Positions 13,171 through 29,513 of a DNA stretch of 64,000 nucleotides are shown here, piece after piece. Below the pieces are notes generated by a model that saw only the letters and a list, made by a program, of their open reading frames with translations, did no database searches and was not told the origin of the DNA. Positions within the stretch are counted from its first letter, which is position 1, and each line of letters begins with the position of its first letter. Made by a program: the position numbers and the translations under genes. Source of the stretch: Eledone cirrhosa (taxonomy: Eukaryota); assembly GCA_964016885.1 (NCBI GenBank), contig OZ024742.1, positions 156,860,001 through 156,924,000 on the forward strand. Direction: 5' to 3'.

Positions 13171-15634
13171 AATGTGTGTCATTTAATGTGCCTAGGCATC
13201 TCTGTCTCTGCGTATGCATGTATGTGTTTACGTGTAAGAGTCATGATATATATCATAAGAGTCCATGTATATACACACTCATTATTTCTCTTATACTTAT
13301 GTGATATTTTGCTCTTAGTGATTTTGCTTTCATGATATATACTTAACTGTTGTTGCTGAAGGTTATGCAAATGTTGACTATATTTATAAAACATATAATT
13401 TAAGGGTTCGGACATACTGGAATGAACAGCATTGTTGTTTTGCAAATGCTTATGCAGAATTTTTTTTTTTTTTCTTTCGTCTGTCTTTGAAATAAATTCG
13501 AAAATAGGATAATAAGAAATAACATGTTTTGTGTACGCTATGTGAACTATGTGCTTATGGTGGTCAGATTAAGTTTCTCTTCCCTCAGACAAATCGGTCT
13601 CTTACTGAAACAGTAATTTCCTAATAGTATTTCTGTAAACTATTTATTAGCGGCGTGTGCTTTGATAAACCAGTCTGTTTCCCATGCCATTCCACAAACG
13701 CTGACTTAACTGAATCTCTTTGAACTCTTGCGGTTAGTAAAATAATCAGATTAGCTTTTCAAAGTTATAATGTTTATATTAATGGTAGATTCTCCGTCGG
13801 CTTCGACCTCGGGTATTCCATTCTCCAAACAAATGAATTCCTAGTGGTGGAATCAGGCATGCATTTGAATATCCCATAGTCATATGCACACTTAACACAA
13901 TTGTAAGACTGAATCAAATTGCTAAAATTATATAATTCTTGATATTTGAATTACCAGTAAATTTGAGGGCAATGTGGAAGACCGGGTGAGAAGGAAAATA
14001 ATATCGTACTCTTTTTATTGATCCTCAAATGATGTCATTCCGAATTGATGAAATTTAGTCTCATAGGGTGCAACACTGCAACCGTACACCAACAAAATTA
14101 TCTCAGCTGAGCTCACGATTTTGCTAATGCAAGATCATAGCTGTTTGTATCAATTTATTTTACTGTGCATTGTATATGTATTCGAAAAAATACAATGGGA
14201 TTTATTGTTGCTATAACAATCTTCTTAGTTATAAGTTGAGAACTGATATGGTTATTGAGTATATTTCTTAGAAAATATATAGTTATATATATCTTAAAAT
14301 ATATATAAGTAATCTTTGAGGAAAGTGTATCGAGCATAAAATTAATCTTTTCAATAATTCGTGACCTTATCTAGAACTTATGTAAATTAATACTACTAGC
14401 ACGTAAACGAATTGTATCTACATGGCAGACCCTTAATTATTCATATGGTTGACGCTTTGAAATTCAGGATAACCTGGTGTATAGTGCTAAGTTTGAGCGT
14501 GATCAAATGACATGAAAATAGATTTTGAATTACTTTTACCAATAATATGAATATCTGAGATATACAAGCTTCTATAAATACAACTCAATCGAACAGAAAA
14601 TTCCGAAAGAAATGTATTCCTGATAAACCTAAAAAAAGCAATGTTTATAAAATTGTTGTGGACAAGACAGAATGATAGATATTTTCACGTAAGCCAACAA
14701 TGCGATATCAATATAGGTTTATAAGTAGAACATACTTTTGCTACAAATATGTTTTCAAATGTTTGCGCCAATGCATACAAACTCAGGCAAACAGAGATAC
14801 ACAGAACGTCACAAATATACACACTCACTCAGTCACATACAGACACATACACGTAGACAGGCTCACAAATATACACAAACATATATACGCACTAGACTTA
14901 GCCCCGTTCTCTACTGTGATCTATTTTTAAGGAACCTATTGGCATCTATTGTAATGACAATTTCCCAGTACATAAAATATGTTAAAAGTTATTTAAATAT
15001 TCCATGAAATAATGTTTAAAAAATTACTTCGAATATCTATATACAGAAAGTAATAATGAAAATAATAGAAAAATATATTTTACAAAAATTATAAAGCATT
15101 GATAGAAACACCTTATATACATTGTTTTTAAAGTTTTCTTTAGAGCATACATGAAGGGTGTGTGGGCTCTTCAAAAACTGGAATAAACTATATGTAATTG
15201 ACCACGTAAGAAACAACCCTCTTGTAAATAGAGACCGACCAAATGCATCTTTTGACCTTGGGACTTGTTCGTGACAATTGTTAATGGCTATTGCGTAACT
15301 GACTCTCACCGGTAATTGCAATCACTTAAAACAAAAAGGAACATCAGCTGGCATTAGCACTATTTTAGGTATAAATACGATGTTACCCTTACCCAATCCA
15401 GTGATGCTTTTGATTTAGATATTCTGGAGCTGTAGTTCAGTCGCAACCATATTCGTCCCATTGCGCAACAATGGCTGATTCAGGTTTCTGAGGAGCATGA
15501 TGCCTATGACCTTTTACGATTCAAGGTTGTGTGGCAGCATACTGGACGGTTCCAGGCTGTTAAGACGGATTGATTTTTCATACAGGCCACATCTGGCTGG
15601 ACTGGTGTATTTCGAAATCGGGAAACGGAAACAA

Positions 15635-15757
15635 TTCTTCTTCTTCTTCTTCTTCTTCTTCTTCTTCTTCTTCTTCTTCTTCTTCTTCTTCTTCTTCTTC
15701 TTCTTCTTCTTCTTCTTCTTCTTCTTCTTCTTCTTCTTCTTCTTCTTCTTCTTCTTC
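15635..15757. repeat. (TTC)n of about 41 units, probably the expanded (GAA)n tail of the adjacent LINE
   Basis: Pure trinucleotide tract directly next to the LINE 3' end. Confidence 0.95.
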
Positions 15758-16200
15758 TAAGAAACATCCGTCTTGTCAGCAGCGGATCTTGTCAGAAGCA
15801 TCCGTCTCCAAATGATCAGGCTATATCCCGAAAAGTAACCAGCCAAACTCCTGGAGTTTATCCAGCCATCTTACCCGGGTCTACCCTTTACTCGTTTGTT
15901 GGTGATTTGCCCGTAAAATCCGTCCAGCGATTCTTCTCTGAGATATTCTAGCCCCACACCCATAGTCTCGGAGCTGTGATCTCTCAATACCTAGAAGTTT
16001 GTGCTCTGCCTCGAGTGACTCTCTGATCTCCGAGGTACATACTTTATCGAGCAACGTTACGCAAAAGACCCTCCGGGGGAATCCCATTTCGGCCGCTTGT
16101 ATTCGCTATAGTACACTTTCGGTCATTATCCAAGATCTCATGACCATAGGTAATGGTTGCCACCGAAACCGAATTGAAGATAGCGTGTTTGGGGAACACT
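15758..16200 (-). mobile_element. 5'-truncated RTE-like LINE 3' fragment
   Basis: Translation RRVFCVTLLDKVCTSEIRESL..IERSQLR.YG..RISQRRIAGRIL..GRP resembles the RTE C-terminus (compare the ORF at 36916). Confidence 0.8.
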
Positions 16201-16744
16201 TGATTAATCAAATTTACGATGATTTCCACAATAGAAGTGGATAGTTTTTTTATAAGTTGAGTTCGAAGATCCGATTCACTTCTTGACTCAGTTTTTGAAA
16301 AAAGGAGTCGTTGTTAAGTCAGTCAGATTTCAGATTGATCGAAAGAAAACAACACAATTAAAACAAAACAGAAAGAATCAGAATAACAAACACTCTTGTC
16401 ATTAGAGAGAAAATCAATTTATAAACATACAGAAACACAAAACACATACACATACATAAATACACATACTACGTTTTAGTTGGTTACAGAGAGAAGGTGG
16501 AGTGAATGAGAGATGGAGTAGTGTTTAACACTCTATATATAGATAGCAGGACGAACCAATAGGCGGTACTTGGGGTTTAGAAAAAGCAGTAAATTAATTC
16601 ACAACACTCACCTCTCCCAATTCTTTTTTCGGAAAAAAGGTCGACAGCCAGGTAGAGGACACGTTACTTGAAAACATACGAAAGACCTTAATTATTATCC
16701 ATTTTATTTAGTGTTCAACGTACAAACAAACAAAAAAAACAAAC

Positions 16745-16814
<70 letters not shown>

Positions 16815-16820
<6 letters not shown>

Positions 16821-17195
16821 GGAAAATATGAAACGAAATTTCATTTCTCACTCGGCTGTTACTTAAATATAAGTATGTATACGTACATACATATATGTAT
16901 ACAGACGTACAGTTGTATGTATATATATATACATATATACATACATGCACCCATATATATATATGTACGTATGGATTCACCGAACATTTATTATAATGCT
17001 CGGTGTGTTTGTAAACAAACATCCCGAAATAAGCTACAGTGTCTAGCAAAAGAGCAACGATGGTTGCTAGACCATGTACGGCTTAATTCGGGATGTTTGT
17101 TTACAAACACACCAAGCATTATAATAAATGTTCGGTGAATCCATACGTAGATATATATATGGGTGCATGTATGTATATATTTATATATATATACA
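16815..17195. mobile_element. R420 family fold-back fragment (HHR region absent)
   Basis: Homologous to 9960-10200; inverted arms about 16945-17040 and 17075-17175. Confidence 0.8.
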
Positions 17196-17522
17196 TTTGG
17201 GATGGTCATGATGCCAATAAGAAACATACGCACCCGTGCTGTCACTTCATTTTATTATAAATATAATAAATTTTATAAATATAAATTTGATAACTTTCTG
17301 GTTGGTTGGTTGGTTCCACAACCGGATGGTTGTTTATATATTGTCAAAATTATTTCGTCACACATTCTATGACCTCATCAGTGACTCGGGATTATTTTCT
17401 TTGTTTTGTGCCTCTCCTTTGTTCTGTCCTACGCCATCTTGTTTGTCTGTGTGTTATGTGCTAGGTTTGCGCATGTGCTACATTCTGGTGTCTGTGTGTG
17501 TTTTTATTTGTTTATTTATTTG
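17195..17522 (-). mobile_element. HHR-containing element (family R-E)
   Basis: Homologous to 50900-51316; minus strand 17343-17385 reads gtca CTGATGA g-gtca tagaatgtg tgac GAAA taat TT tgac. Confidence 0.78.
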
Positions 17523-17794
17523 AAATGATATATATATATATATTTATTAAAATAACAGATTAAAGTTTAAGCAAATAATCGCTGCTTTCACCCTTTATTA
17601 ACAAATGAAGATATTCGCATAATCAAAATACATGCTTTATTATATATATTTCGAAGGTACTGTGTTGTTACTTTCCATCTTAATTTGTTAATATTTTAAA
17701 TAATATTAAAACTCCAGGAATATTTCACTGTTGAGTGCTTTTAATCTATTGTAAAACTGTATTCATTCAGTAATCAATGAACCATATTAATCTT

Positions 17795-17838
<44 letters not shown>

Positions 17839-18713
17839 AGAGGTGTGTCAGAAAATTTCCAGGACTGATGTCACAAAAGATTTATTTCAAACCCAAACTT
17901 CACACTAAGAGTTTTCTCCTTCAAAGTAATCCACCTGGATTCTAATGCCTTTATCCATCGTTTTCTGCCACGCTTGCATGCATGCCTGTAAGGATTTTTT
18001 CCGGATCCACCGCAGTTCTATCGTCACGGCCTTTTTAATGTTGTCCGCGTCTCCAAAACGGGTTCTCTCCGGGTCGTACTCGAAGATCCATGACTCATTA
18101 CCGGTGATGACTGTGCCTAACAAGTCTGGTTCGGTTTCAAGACGCTCGAGGATGTCCTGGCACACTTGCATGCGTCGACCCTTCTGGACATTGTTCAGCA
18201 GTTTTGGCACCATCTTCGCGCAGACTTTCTGCATGTATAAATCTTAAATGAGAATCTTCCAGACGCTGTCCCGATTCATGCCCAGCTCATTTACAATCAG
18301 TCGAACAGTCACTACACACCATCTGCCTGAGGCACTCAAAGTTGACCTCAGTCCTGGTTGTTAAGGGCATTCCGTTCCTGAGGTCATCTTTCACGTCCTT
18401 GCGTCTTTCTTTAAACCTCCTGTACCACTCAAAAACCCGTGAGCGTGACATCGTCTCATTACAATACACTTGGTGCAGCAATCCCAGTGCTTCTGACGGA
18501 GTTTTCAAGTTTGTTTCTTGCTCTGAGCTCATTACTTGACGACCTCAAACAGAGGACATGTATATAAAATTATGAAGAAAAAAGTTTGATGGCTGGAGAG
18601 AGCTAATATTTACAGTTACCTACTCCAGGAGGATAACGTTGAAGGAGAAAACAGTTTGGGTTTGAAATAAATCTTTTGTGACATGAGTCCTGGAACTGTT
18701 CTGACACACCTCG
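17839..18713 (-). mobile_element. internally deleted mariner-family DNA transposon
   Basis: About 60-bp TIRs (gaggtgtgtcagaa...atttatttcaaacccaaact), TA flanks, transposase remnants inside. Confidence 0.93.
17905..18532 (-). pseudogene. mariner transposase pseudogene
   Basis: HTH-region MSRSRVFEWYRRFK, KVCAKMVPKLL (WVP-like), ITGNESWIFEYDPE (TGDE-like) joined directly to the C-terminal RFGDADNIKKAV..DYFEG; most of the DDD domain is deleted; frameshifted. Confidence 0.9.
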
Positions 18714-18740
<27 letters not shown>

Positions 18741-18747
<7 letters not shown>

Positions 18748-19230
18748 TGATAAATTAAAGTTTAAGCAAAGAATCGCTGCTTTCACCCTTAACGAGATCT
18801 TCTCAAACTAAAAAATCAATCTGTGAACGAAGAAATACATGTTTCGAAAAACGTTGCAACCAAAGAAAGACAGGAAGACGATGGTTTGTTTCGTGGAGAC
18901 GTTCCATGGCAATGAACGGAAAAAACTATAAGATATTACATCTTTATTTGGAGCGGTGAGAACAGTTACACGCAAAGACAAAACCACGTTTATGGCATAA
19001 ATGAAGTCGTAAACTAAAATTCTATTTAGGAATCCGATTGATTCTTGGCTTCAGAGTTAAGAATAATGTAAATAAATTACAGAGGTTATTGAAATCAACA
19101 ATAATTAAATATATACATGCGCACATCCATACACGTACATACACATGCATATAAACTAAATACACATAAACTAAATACACATGCGTATAAACTAAATACA
19201 CATAAAAATATATAAATATATATATATATG
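18741..19230 (-). mobile_element. solo pLTR/3' end of PLE1
   Basis: Reverse complement of the PLE1 end (about 28700-29205); a short fragment also lies at 17541-17600; (TA)n flank. Confidence 0.85.
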
Positions 19231-19382
19231 AGCAAAGAAAATCCAACTTTTTTATGGCCTAGGGTCCACATTAGGTGCAAAGTTCATTTTTCAGCTTTTT
19301 AGGGCTTTTATCGGCGTTGTTTGACTCAACAATGGGTTTACGTAGGTGGCGAGTTTAAGAGTTATCTCTCCCTCTCGTTATA

Positions 19383-20192
<810 letters not shown>

Positions 20193-20193
20193 A

Positions 20194-20254
<61 letters not shown>

Positions 20255-20257
<3 letters not shown>

Positions 20258-20914
20258 AAAAGAGTCCGGACCCCGACGACTGAGCTCCGGTCGTTGCGAC
20301 AGCTATATCCAAACTAAACCACCAGTATTAGGACGGCAAGGACCTAATTGAATTTATCAATGGGTACAGTCCATACACGGGCATGTAGTCAAAATAAAAA
20401 AGCAGAAGTATCAAATCAAACAATGCTAAAAAGTTGTTGTATTTCTTGTCTGTCATGGGGGAGTAGTCTATGATTTTGGGACGTCATGTACATGGTTAAA
20501 TCCGTCATACCATCGAGCGGGGGGGGGGGGGCTGAATTGGCCTGTAGAGCGTAGGGGAGGGAGTAAGATGACATTAAGCCCTTGGGTGCCAATCCCGTCA
20601 GGTGTTAAGAGAGAAATCTTTGCAACTGTCTCTAAATGGAGTAAGAAAGTAAATTCAGCATATGAGAATTAAGGAATGTTGTTAGAGTGAGAGTAAGTAT
20701 GCCAGGTTTACCACTTAGCTAAAGATATAGATACTAATACTAATTGAATACCTAATAAATACAATTTAGTTATCAGTTACTCTAATTCGATGAAACAGCA
20801 CCTCAATACAGTAATTTACTAGTATTTTCTTTTATAATGATACACCAAAAAAACTATGGCTCCGTGTTCGGTCGGTTATGGTCTACCTGGCTTCTTACCA
20901 CAGCCCATCATCCC

Positions 20915-20917
<3 letters not shown>
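20255..20917. mobile_element. PLE3-related pLTR fragment
   Basis: Ends resemble 7217-7400 and 22018-22222 (gaccccgacgactgagctc; ggtctacctggcttcttaccaca); (TA)n flanks. Confidence 0.55.
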
Positions 20918-20953
<36 letters not shown>

Positions 20954-21969
20954 TGTGTGTGTGTGTGGTTAATGTGTGTGCGTATCTATCTATATATATA
21001 TATATATATATATATATCAGTGTGTGTGTGTGTGTGACGGTGTTTGTGTGTGTGTATGTGGGTGTGTATGTGTGACCACGGTTATATATTGAATTTGCAT
21101 ACGAGATGTTCATGCAAATACACACCCGCGTAGACTCGTCATGAATTTTAGAAGCCTGCATTATGCCACTGTTCTCCTTAGAAATATGAGATCCGCATCC
21201 TGACCCTACATTTTCTAGTTCATGTATCTTTGACAGAAAGATGCTTTCCTTTGGTTTCGTCTTCGATTTTGTTCTATTTAATCCAATTATATCATTTGAT
21301 TTTCGACCCATATTTTCAATAAAATAACGATTTTTTTTTAAATGTTCATGTATTTGCTAAAAGGAATAAAATGACCATAACAACTTATGTATATTTTATC
21401 TAAAGAAATCATTCTACAATGATTCGACTCTTTTTGTCCTTAACCGATATTCAGATTCAGTCTTGGCACATATAGAGGAGAACTGCGTATACCATTCATA
21501 TTAATTTCCTCTCGTTAATGTCATATATATATCAATCGACGTATTTCACTGAAGTATCATTTGTTGCAGCAATATATAATGATTTCAACTAAGTATATGT
21601 TAATGATGATGATGATAATGGTGTTCCTACTGACTGAAATAATCAGTCAGTATGAATTTCCGTACTTTTTCATATGAAGGCCAATATAATCATGACATTA
21701 ATTACGGCAATAGAGTAATTTGCTATGAAAACATATAATTATAGTCATACTCCGTTTCGTGTAATTATAAGATTTAAAACATGTAAATTATTCTACATCA
21801 ATATTTATTTCTGTGTCTTCTGTTGTCTTTCAATACATAAAACTTGCGATGTCTCATAATTATATTCTAACATGTGGACACACACAGACACACTCTAACA
21901 CACAAATACATACACACACACACACACATACGCACACACAACACATAAACACACACACACACGCAAACG

Positions 21970-22014
<45 letters not shown>

Positions 22015-22017
22015 GTG

Positions 22018-22218
22018 AAAAGAGTCAGGAACCCGACGGCTAAGCTCCGGCCGTTTCCACAGCTAGATCCGAAGGCAGCTAGTTCGAATCTAGCTGTCGA
22101 AAGGAACGGACCTCAGCAGTCAGGGTCCTGACTATTTTCCTATTACCCACTCTACTGACCTAAGTATCGAGTACTCTGGTGCGTCAGGGACCACCTGGTT
22201 GCTTACCACATTTTCTTC

Positions 22219-22222
<4 letters not shown>
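22018..22222. mobile_element. fold-back PLE3-related terminal fragment
   Basis: Imperfect hairpin 22018-22139 followed by the same tail as 7325-7405. Confidence 0.65.
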
Positions 22223-22253
<31 letters not shown>

Positions 22254-22255
<2 letters not shown>

Positions 22256-22677
22256 AGTCGTTTGGAAGCCTCGACAATGCAAATGGGTAAATCTCCGGGT
22301 AAAAATGTCCAGTGGTGGAGAGAGAGATATGTAAGTGGGTGTACGTTGAGATGCGTGGTGTGTATAAGATGTGTGAGATGTGTAGAATGAAGGGAAGAGT
22401 AAAAGAATAAAAATAATAATAACAACACAAGAGAGAGAGAGTTACCTTGGGAGAGATTTAATAGGGACTATTAAATGTCTCCCAAGGTAACTCTCTCTCT
22501 TGTGTTGTTATTATTATTTTTATTCTTTTACTCTTCCCTTCATTCTACACATCTCACACATCTTATACACACCACGCATCTCAACGTACACCCACTTACA
22601 TATCTCTCTCTCCACCACCGGACCTTATTACCCGGAGATTTACCCATTTGCATTGTCTAAGCTTCCAAACAAACTTA
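22254..22677. repeat. near-perfect palindrome with about 210-bp arms
   Basis: Centre ttaatag-gga-ctattaa near 22466; arms differ at only a few positions; lies between (TA)n tracts. Confidence 0.95.
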
Positions 22678-22723
22678 CGAATATTTACTTATTGTTCCAC
22701 AATGCTTCAGGCAAACTTCAATA

Positions 22724-24690
<1,967 letters not shown>

Positions 24691-24784
24691 TATGCAACAG
24701 AAATGAAACATGGATTACAAGTTAAAATATGACCTAGATGGATGTGACACAAACGAGGATGTAATTTATGGAACACCCAAATGA

Positions 24785-25245
24785 TTTAGAAGTCGACCTT
24801 AAGTAGGAGCAATAACATTAAGAAAGACATGAACGACGCCATAACACTTTGTTTTGAAAATTTTGAAAGTAGTTTTATAAGTATGAATTTTCGTAAGATT
24901 TTCGTATTTATGTCTGTGGCCTAACGGGTGGTACTATAGATGGTGGAGATGCTGGCCTTGGGTTCAATCCTGGCCAAGAGGTACATGTATCCGTTTTCAG
25001 TTTCTTATTTAACAACCAATAGGAAAAAAATTGAAAATGCTTACCGGGAACCCTACCAGGATCGAACTTCAAACCAGGATCACCGCCGTCTATGATTCCA
25101 CCAACTAGGCCTCCCAGACATCTACAAATGTATAGTGAAAATTGATAATTATAAACCTACTTTCAAAATCAAAGTTTAAAAGTTATGGTGGTATTCATGT
25201 CTTTCCAAGAGCTATTAGTAATATTTATGATCGACGTCTGGACAT
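24785..25245. repeat. imperfect inverted-repeat (MITE-like) element with tRNA-like segments in both arms
   Basis: gaaagacatgaa..ccataac..ttttgaaagtag mirrored on the right; A/B boxes tggcctaacgg and ggttcaatcc (+), aggcctagttgg and agttcgatcc (-). Confidence 0.7.
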
Positions 25246-26132
25246 AATTGAAAGTCTCTCGATTTCGCAAAATACATAATATTTTTTTATTGGAGAAGGT
25301 AAGATATTTTTCCGCAAAAATTTGATTGCACTGTTTTCTTTCGACTTATGTATTTTTCGAAAATGTAATTTATTCATTATAAAAATTAAATTTTTATTCT
25401 ATATGTAGGTGGGCTCCATTCACCTCCTGACAACCAATATTTTTAGACCCAGTCCACCATTGCATACACCTCACTTTGTATATATAGCTTATATTATATG
25501 CGCATATATACTATAAGCTAGTTGAGTTCTTTTGGCACACGGATTCCATTTTTGGATTCCACGGCCAAATCACGTATATTTTTCGACTAGAGGAATCTTC
25601 CTCTATTTTTCATCGGAGGCAGAGTTTGAGACTGGCAAGAACTGCTGGACACCTTATCCAATAGCAATGGCTATCCCTCACAATGTACAGACCGATCTAG
25701 TTACTTGAGTGGGCTTTCTGAATATTGCTGATTTAATATCTGCATATGTGATGTTATGTTGCACAGGAAGGATATCGTCCAGGACTTGTGATTTTTAATT
25801 TTATCTCTAGCAAAACACGACCAACGCAAGCGCTACTAACGAAATATGTACACTCTGAATAGCTGGTTGCAGTTGTATTACCGAATTTCATTGAATGAGC
25901 AAGACGTTGCCGGAGAACGTTGACTTTTCACGAGCGATATTTGTTACACGTATATATATAAGTGTGTGTGTATATAATTTGAATAAGTCTTTTTCAAATA
26001 CGAAATCATATATAGATAGTTACAGAAGTTTTTACAGCTCAAAATATGATATATATTACAATAAACTACTCAGAAACTACTTGTATGAACTCCTTTTTAA
26101 ACTTCCATATTTATACATGTGTGTATATATAA

Positions 26133-26177
<45 letters not shown>

Positions 26178-26521
26178 TATATAGGTTACTTGAAGGAACA
26201 CTTTTGTAATTCTGTTAGAAAACACAAATCTAACGCCTAACAAGTTTTGTTCGTTTTAATGCCTAGGTAAAATAATGGTTCACGTTTTGAAGATTGTTTT
26301 CAATATTGACGTAGGTCATATTCAAATGTAAATATTTTACTGGGAACGTAAACGTATATACAAAATGAATCGGCGATGTTTTTTTTTTGTATTTCTTATT
26401 AATTCTGATTAATCCAAAAATTGGCTCTCATATAATTAAATAATAATTAATTATATATTCCTCGTGATGGAAGAAACGTTCCTTAAATAAAATATGATAT
26501 AACTAACACAATATTTGGTCT

Positions 26522-26561
<40 letters not shown>

Positions 26562-26629
26562 TAAAATAACAGATTAAAGTTTAAGCAAAGAATCGCTGAT
26601 TTAACCCTTAACCGGGTCTTCTGAAACTT

Positions 26630-28200
26630 TCCTCTGAAGAATAGAATTCGTTCTATTAAGGATTCTAATGCCGTGCACGTCCATTCCGACAAAACTGGCA
26701 ACCTATATCAAGTGGAGCGCAGTGCTTACCATCAACTACTACATAATGCTGTAACTAACTATTACCGTAAAACTAATCAGTGCGTCATTAATGAAATCAA
26801 CGATGCTGGGTTTAAAATCACCTCTGATCTCCACATCCTGGACCGGACTGAACATCTGGACCCTATTTCTCCCCACTTTACCCTGATGGATCACAAATCC
26901 AATTTTCCGAACAACCCCTCTATTCGGCTTATTAACCCTACGAAGTCCGATTTAGGTAGACTTAGTAAAATGATTATTGATAGAATTATACCTGAAATTA
27001 GAAGTTTGGCCCCTCTTGCAATGTGGAACAATTCCTTAGCTGTGATTGATTGGTTCAACGGCATATGCAACAATGAACATTGCCGTTTTATCCAATTCGA
27101 CATCAATAATTACTACTCCTCCATCACTTTACCACTTCTCCTTAGAACTATCAATTTCGCTATAACACTCACAGCGGTTAAGGATTTCGAAGTTGATGTC
27201 ATCCTCAATGCCCGTAAGTCGGTGATTAATTTCGACGAGTCTATTTGGATTAACATTTCTAATATACCCCATTCGACGTGAGTATGGCCGACGTTACCCT
27301 AAATTTATCGAATGGCTTGTATTACGCGTATAGAAAGCCGAATGATACGCTTAATTACATAAGTAAGCATTCTAACAATCCTGCCAGCATAACCAAGAAC
27401 CTGAGGCTTTCCCGTCTATTTACTACCAAGCATATTTTCAACGACCATTCCACATATTACAATGAAGGTCTTGCTCGAAGTGGATTTCTCGATAATATAG
27501 CGTATACATAGTACGAGAATAGACCTAGAAGACATAGATCCCGATGCATTATATGGTATAACGCACCATATAATATGAAGGTGGCCACACCATTAGCTAA
27601 GATATTTCTATGCCTTATTACGAAACATTTTCCCCCTACACATAAATATAGTAACATTTTTAATAGAAATACTATTAAAATGTCTTACTCTACCAATCCT
27701 AACCTTGCACATAACATCACAGCTTCTAATTTAGCTAAACTACCTAGCCGTAGGAACACGTGCAACCCTATAGTTAGTACTAACTGTAATTGTAGGAATC
27801 CGGTTGATTGCCCCCTATCCGGGAAATGCCTCTCTAGTAACATTGTCTACAAATGTAAGGTTAAAACATTCAAGTCCCGTAGGACCTACATAGGGTTTAC
27901 CGCCAATAGATTCAAGCAGCGTATTTACACGCATACCCAGTCTTTTCGTTACTCTCTAAGAAGGAATATGACGTCACTTTCAGCTTATATCTGGAGTCTA
28001 AAAGACAAACATACCCAATATAGGTTGCACTGGTAGATCCTAGTTTAGGCTAGAACGTATAACGGAAATAAAAGACCATGTGACCTCTGCGCCGCTGAAG
28101 CTCTGGAAATACTCTACGCCAATGACCACATCCCCCAAAAAAATCTGAGGCAATTTCGCCTTGTAAACATAAATTGCATAAAACTTTCCTGTGTGTTACA
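26630..28200 (+). pseudogene. PLE reverse transcriptase/GIY-YIG endonuclease, disrupted
   Basis: SDKTGNLY, RLINPTKSDLGRLSK, FIQFDINNYYSSI, YRKPND..YISKHSN, CNC.....CPLSGKC, VYKC..TYIGFT; a deletion near 27290 removes YRDD. Confidence 0.92.
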
Positions 28201-29119
28201 GACCCACATTATACCCTAACGGATATTACGATCTATACGCGGATATGTTACGCCTTGATGTGGTAGCTAAGTATATGTTATGTTTATAACATTACTTCTT
28301 TGCATAAGTAAGTATATATTACCTGTATGTTTTGTGAAGGTACGTATACTTTCTCGTACGTATATTTGATTTTATATTTTATATATTCTGGTACATATGC
28401 GTCTGGTTATGTGTAAACGTGAGTTTCAGTCTGTGTGAATATGCGGATTCGTACGTATATAGGGTATGTGTATATGTGTACTTCGTGTTAGGGTTGACGT
28501 ACGTCTCCGAACATATGTGTATTTACATGTAGAATGTGTGTGCGCTTGTTATATACGTATTTATTTATTTATATACGTTTATTTAATTATGTGTATACAC
28601 GCACAGACACACATATTTATATGTGCGAGTATTTGTATACATATGGCGAGTGTTTTCGCGTATGCTTGTGTATGTACGTATTTGGAAGCGTGTGTGTATT
28701 TATTTAATTTCTATTACCTCTGTATTTTATTTACGTTATTCTTAACTGTGAAGCCGAGAACCATACGGTTTCCTAGTTAGAATTTTAGTCTACGACTTCA
28801 GTTATACTATTTACGTGGTTTTGTTTTTGCGTGCAATTGTTCTCAACGCTCCACATATGACGTATTATCTTCGTTTTTTTCCGTCCATTGCCAGAGAACG
28901 TCTCTATGAACCACTTAAGAGAATATTAGTCTACGACTTCTTTTATACCATAAACGTGGTTTTGTCTGTGCGTGTAATTGTTTTTCACCGCTCCAAATAA
29001 TGACGTATTATATTCGTTTTTTCTCGTTCTTTGCCAGGGAATGTTTCCACGAACCAAAGTATCGTCTTCGTGTCTTACTCCTGTTGCAACGTTTTTTGAA
29101 ATATTCACTTTTGCGTTCA

Positions 29120-29193
29120 CAGATTGAATTTGTTAGTTTCAGAAGATGCCGTTAAGGGTGAAAGCAGCGATTCTTTGCTTAAACTTTAATCTG
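29120..29193 (+). ncRNA. type I hammerhead-like ribozyme with variant core in the PLE1 pLTR
   Basis: cagattga..agttt CAGAAGA t-gcc gttaa ggg-t GAAA gcag cgattct ttgc TT aaact ttaatctg. Confidence 0.65.
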
Positions 29194-29306
29194 TTATTTT
29201 AATAAATATTTGCTCTACGGTTCTTTTATATTTTATATATATTAATCCTTATCCTTAAGCCCTCTCTGGATTTTAGTCTTCAAATGTATTATTATTACTA
29301 TATATA

Positions 29307-29502
<196 letters not shown>

Positions 29503-29513
29503 GGAGGTAAATA

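Larger units (their letters stand above)
26556..29283 (+). mobile_element. 5'-truncated Penelope-like element PLE1 (Naiad-like) with a short inverted pLTR piece at the 5' end
   Basis: RT and GIY-YIG remnants; 26556-26627 is the reverse complement of 29135-29207; 140-bp duplication in the pLTR; (TA)n on both sides. Confidence 0.92.

Noticed and set aside
15497-15815. Poly-F, poly-S and poly-R ORFs
   Set aside because: They arise from the (TTC)n tract
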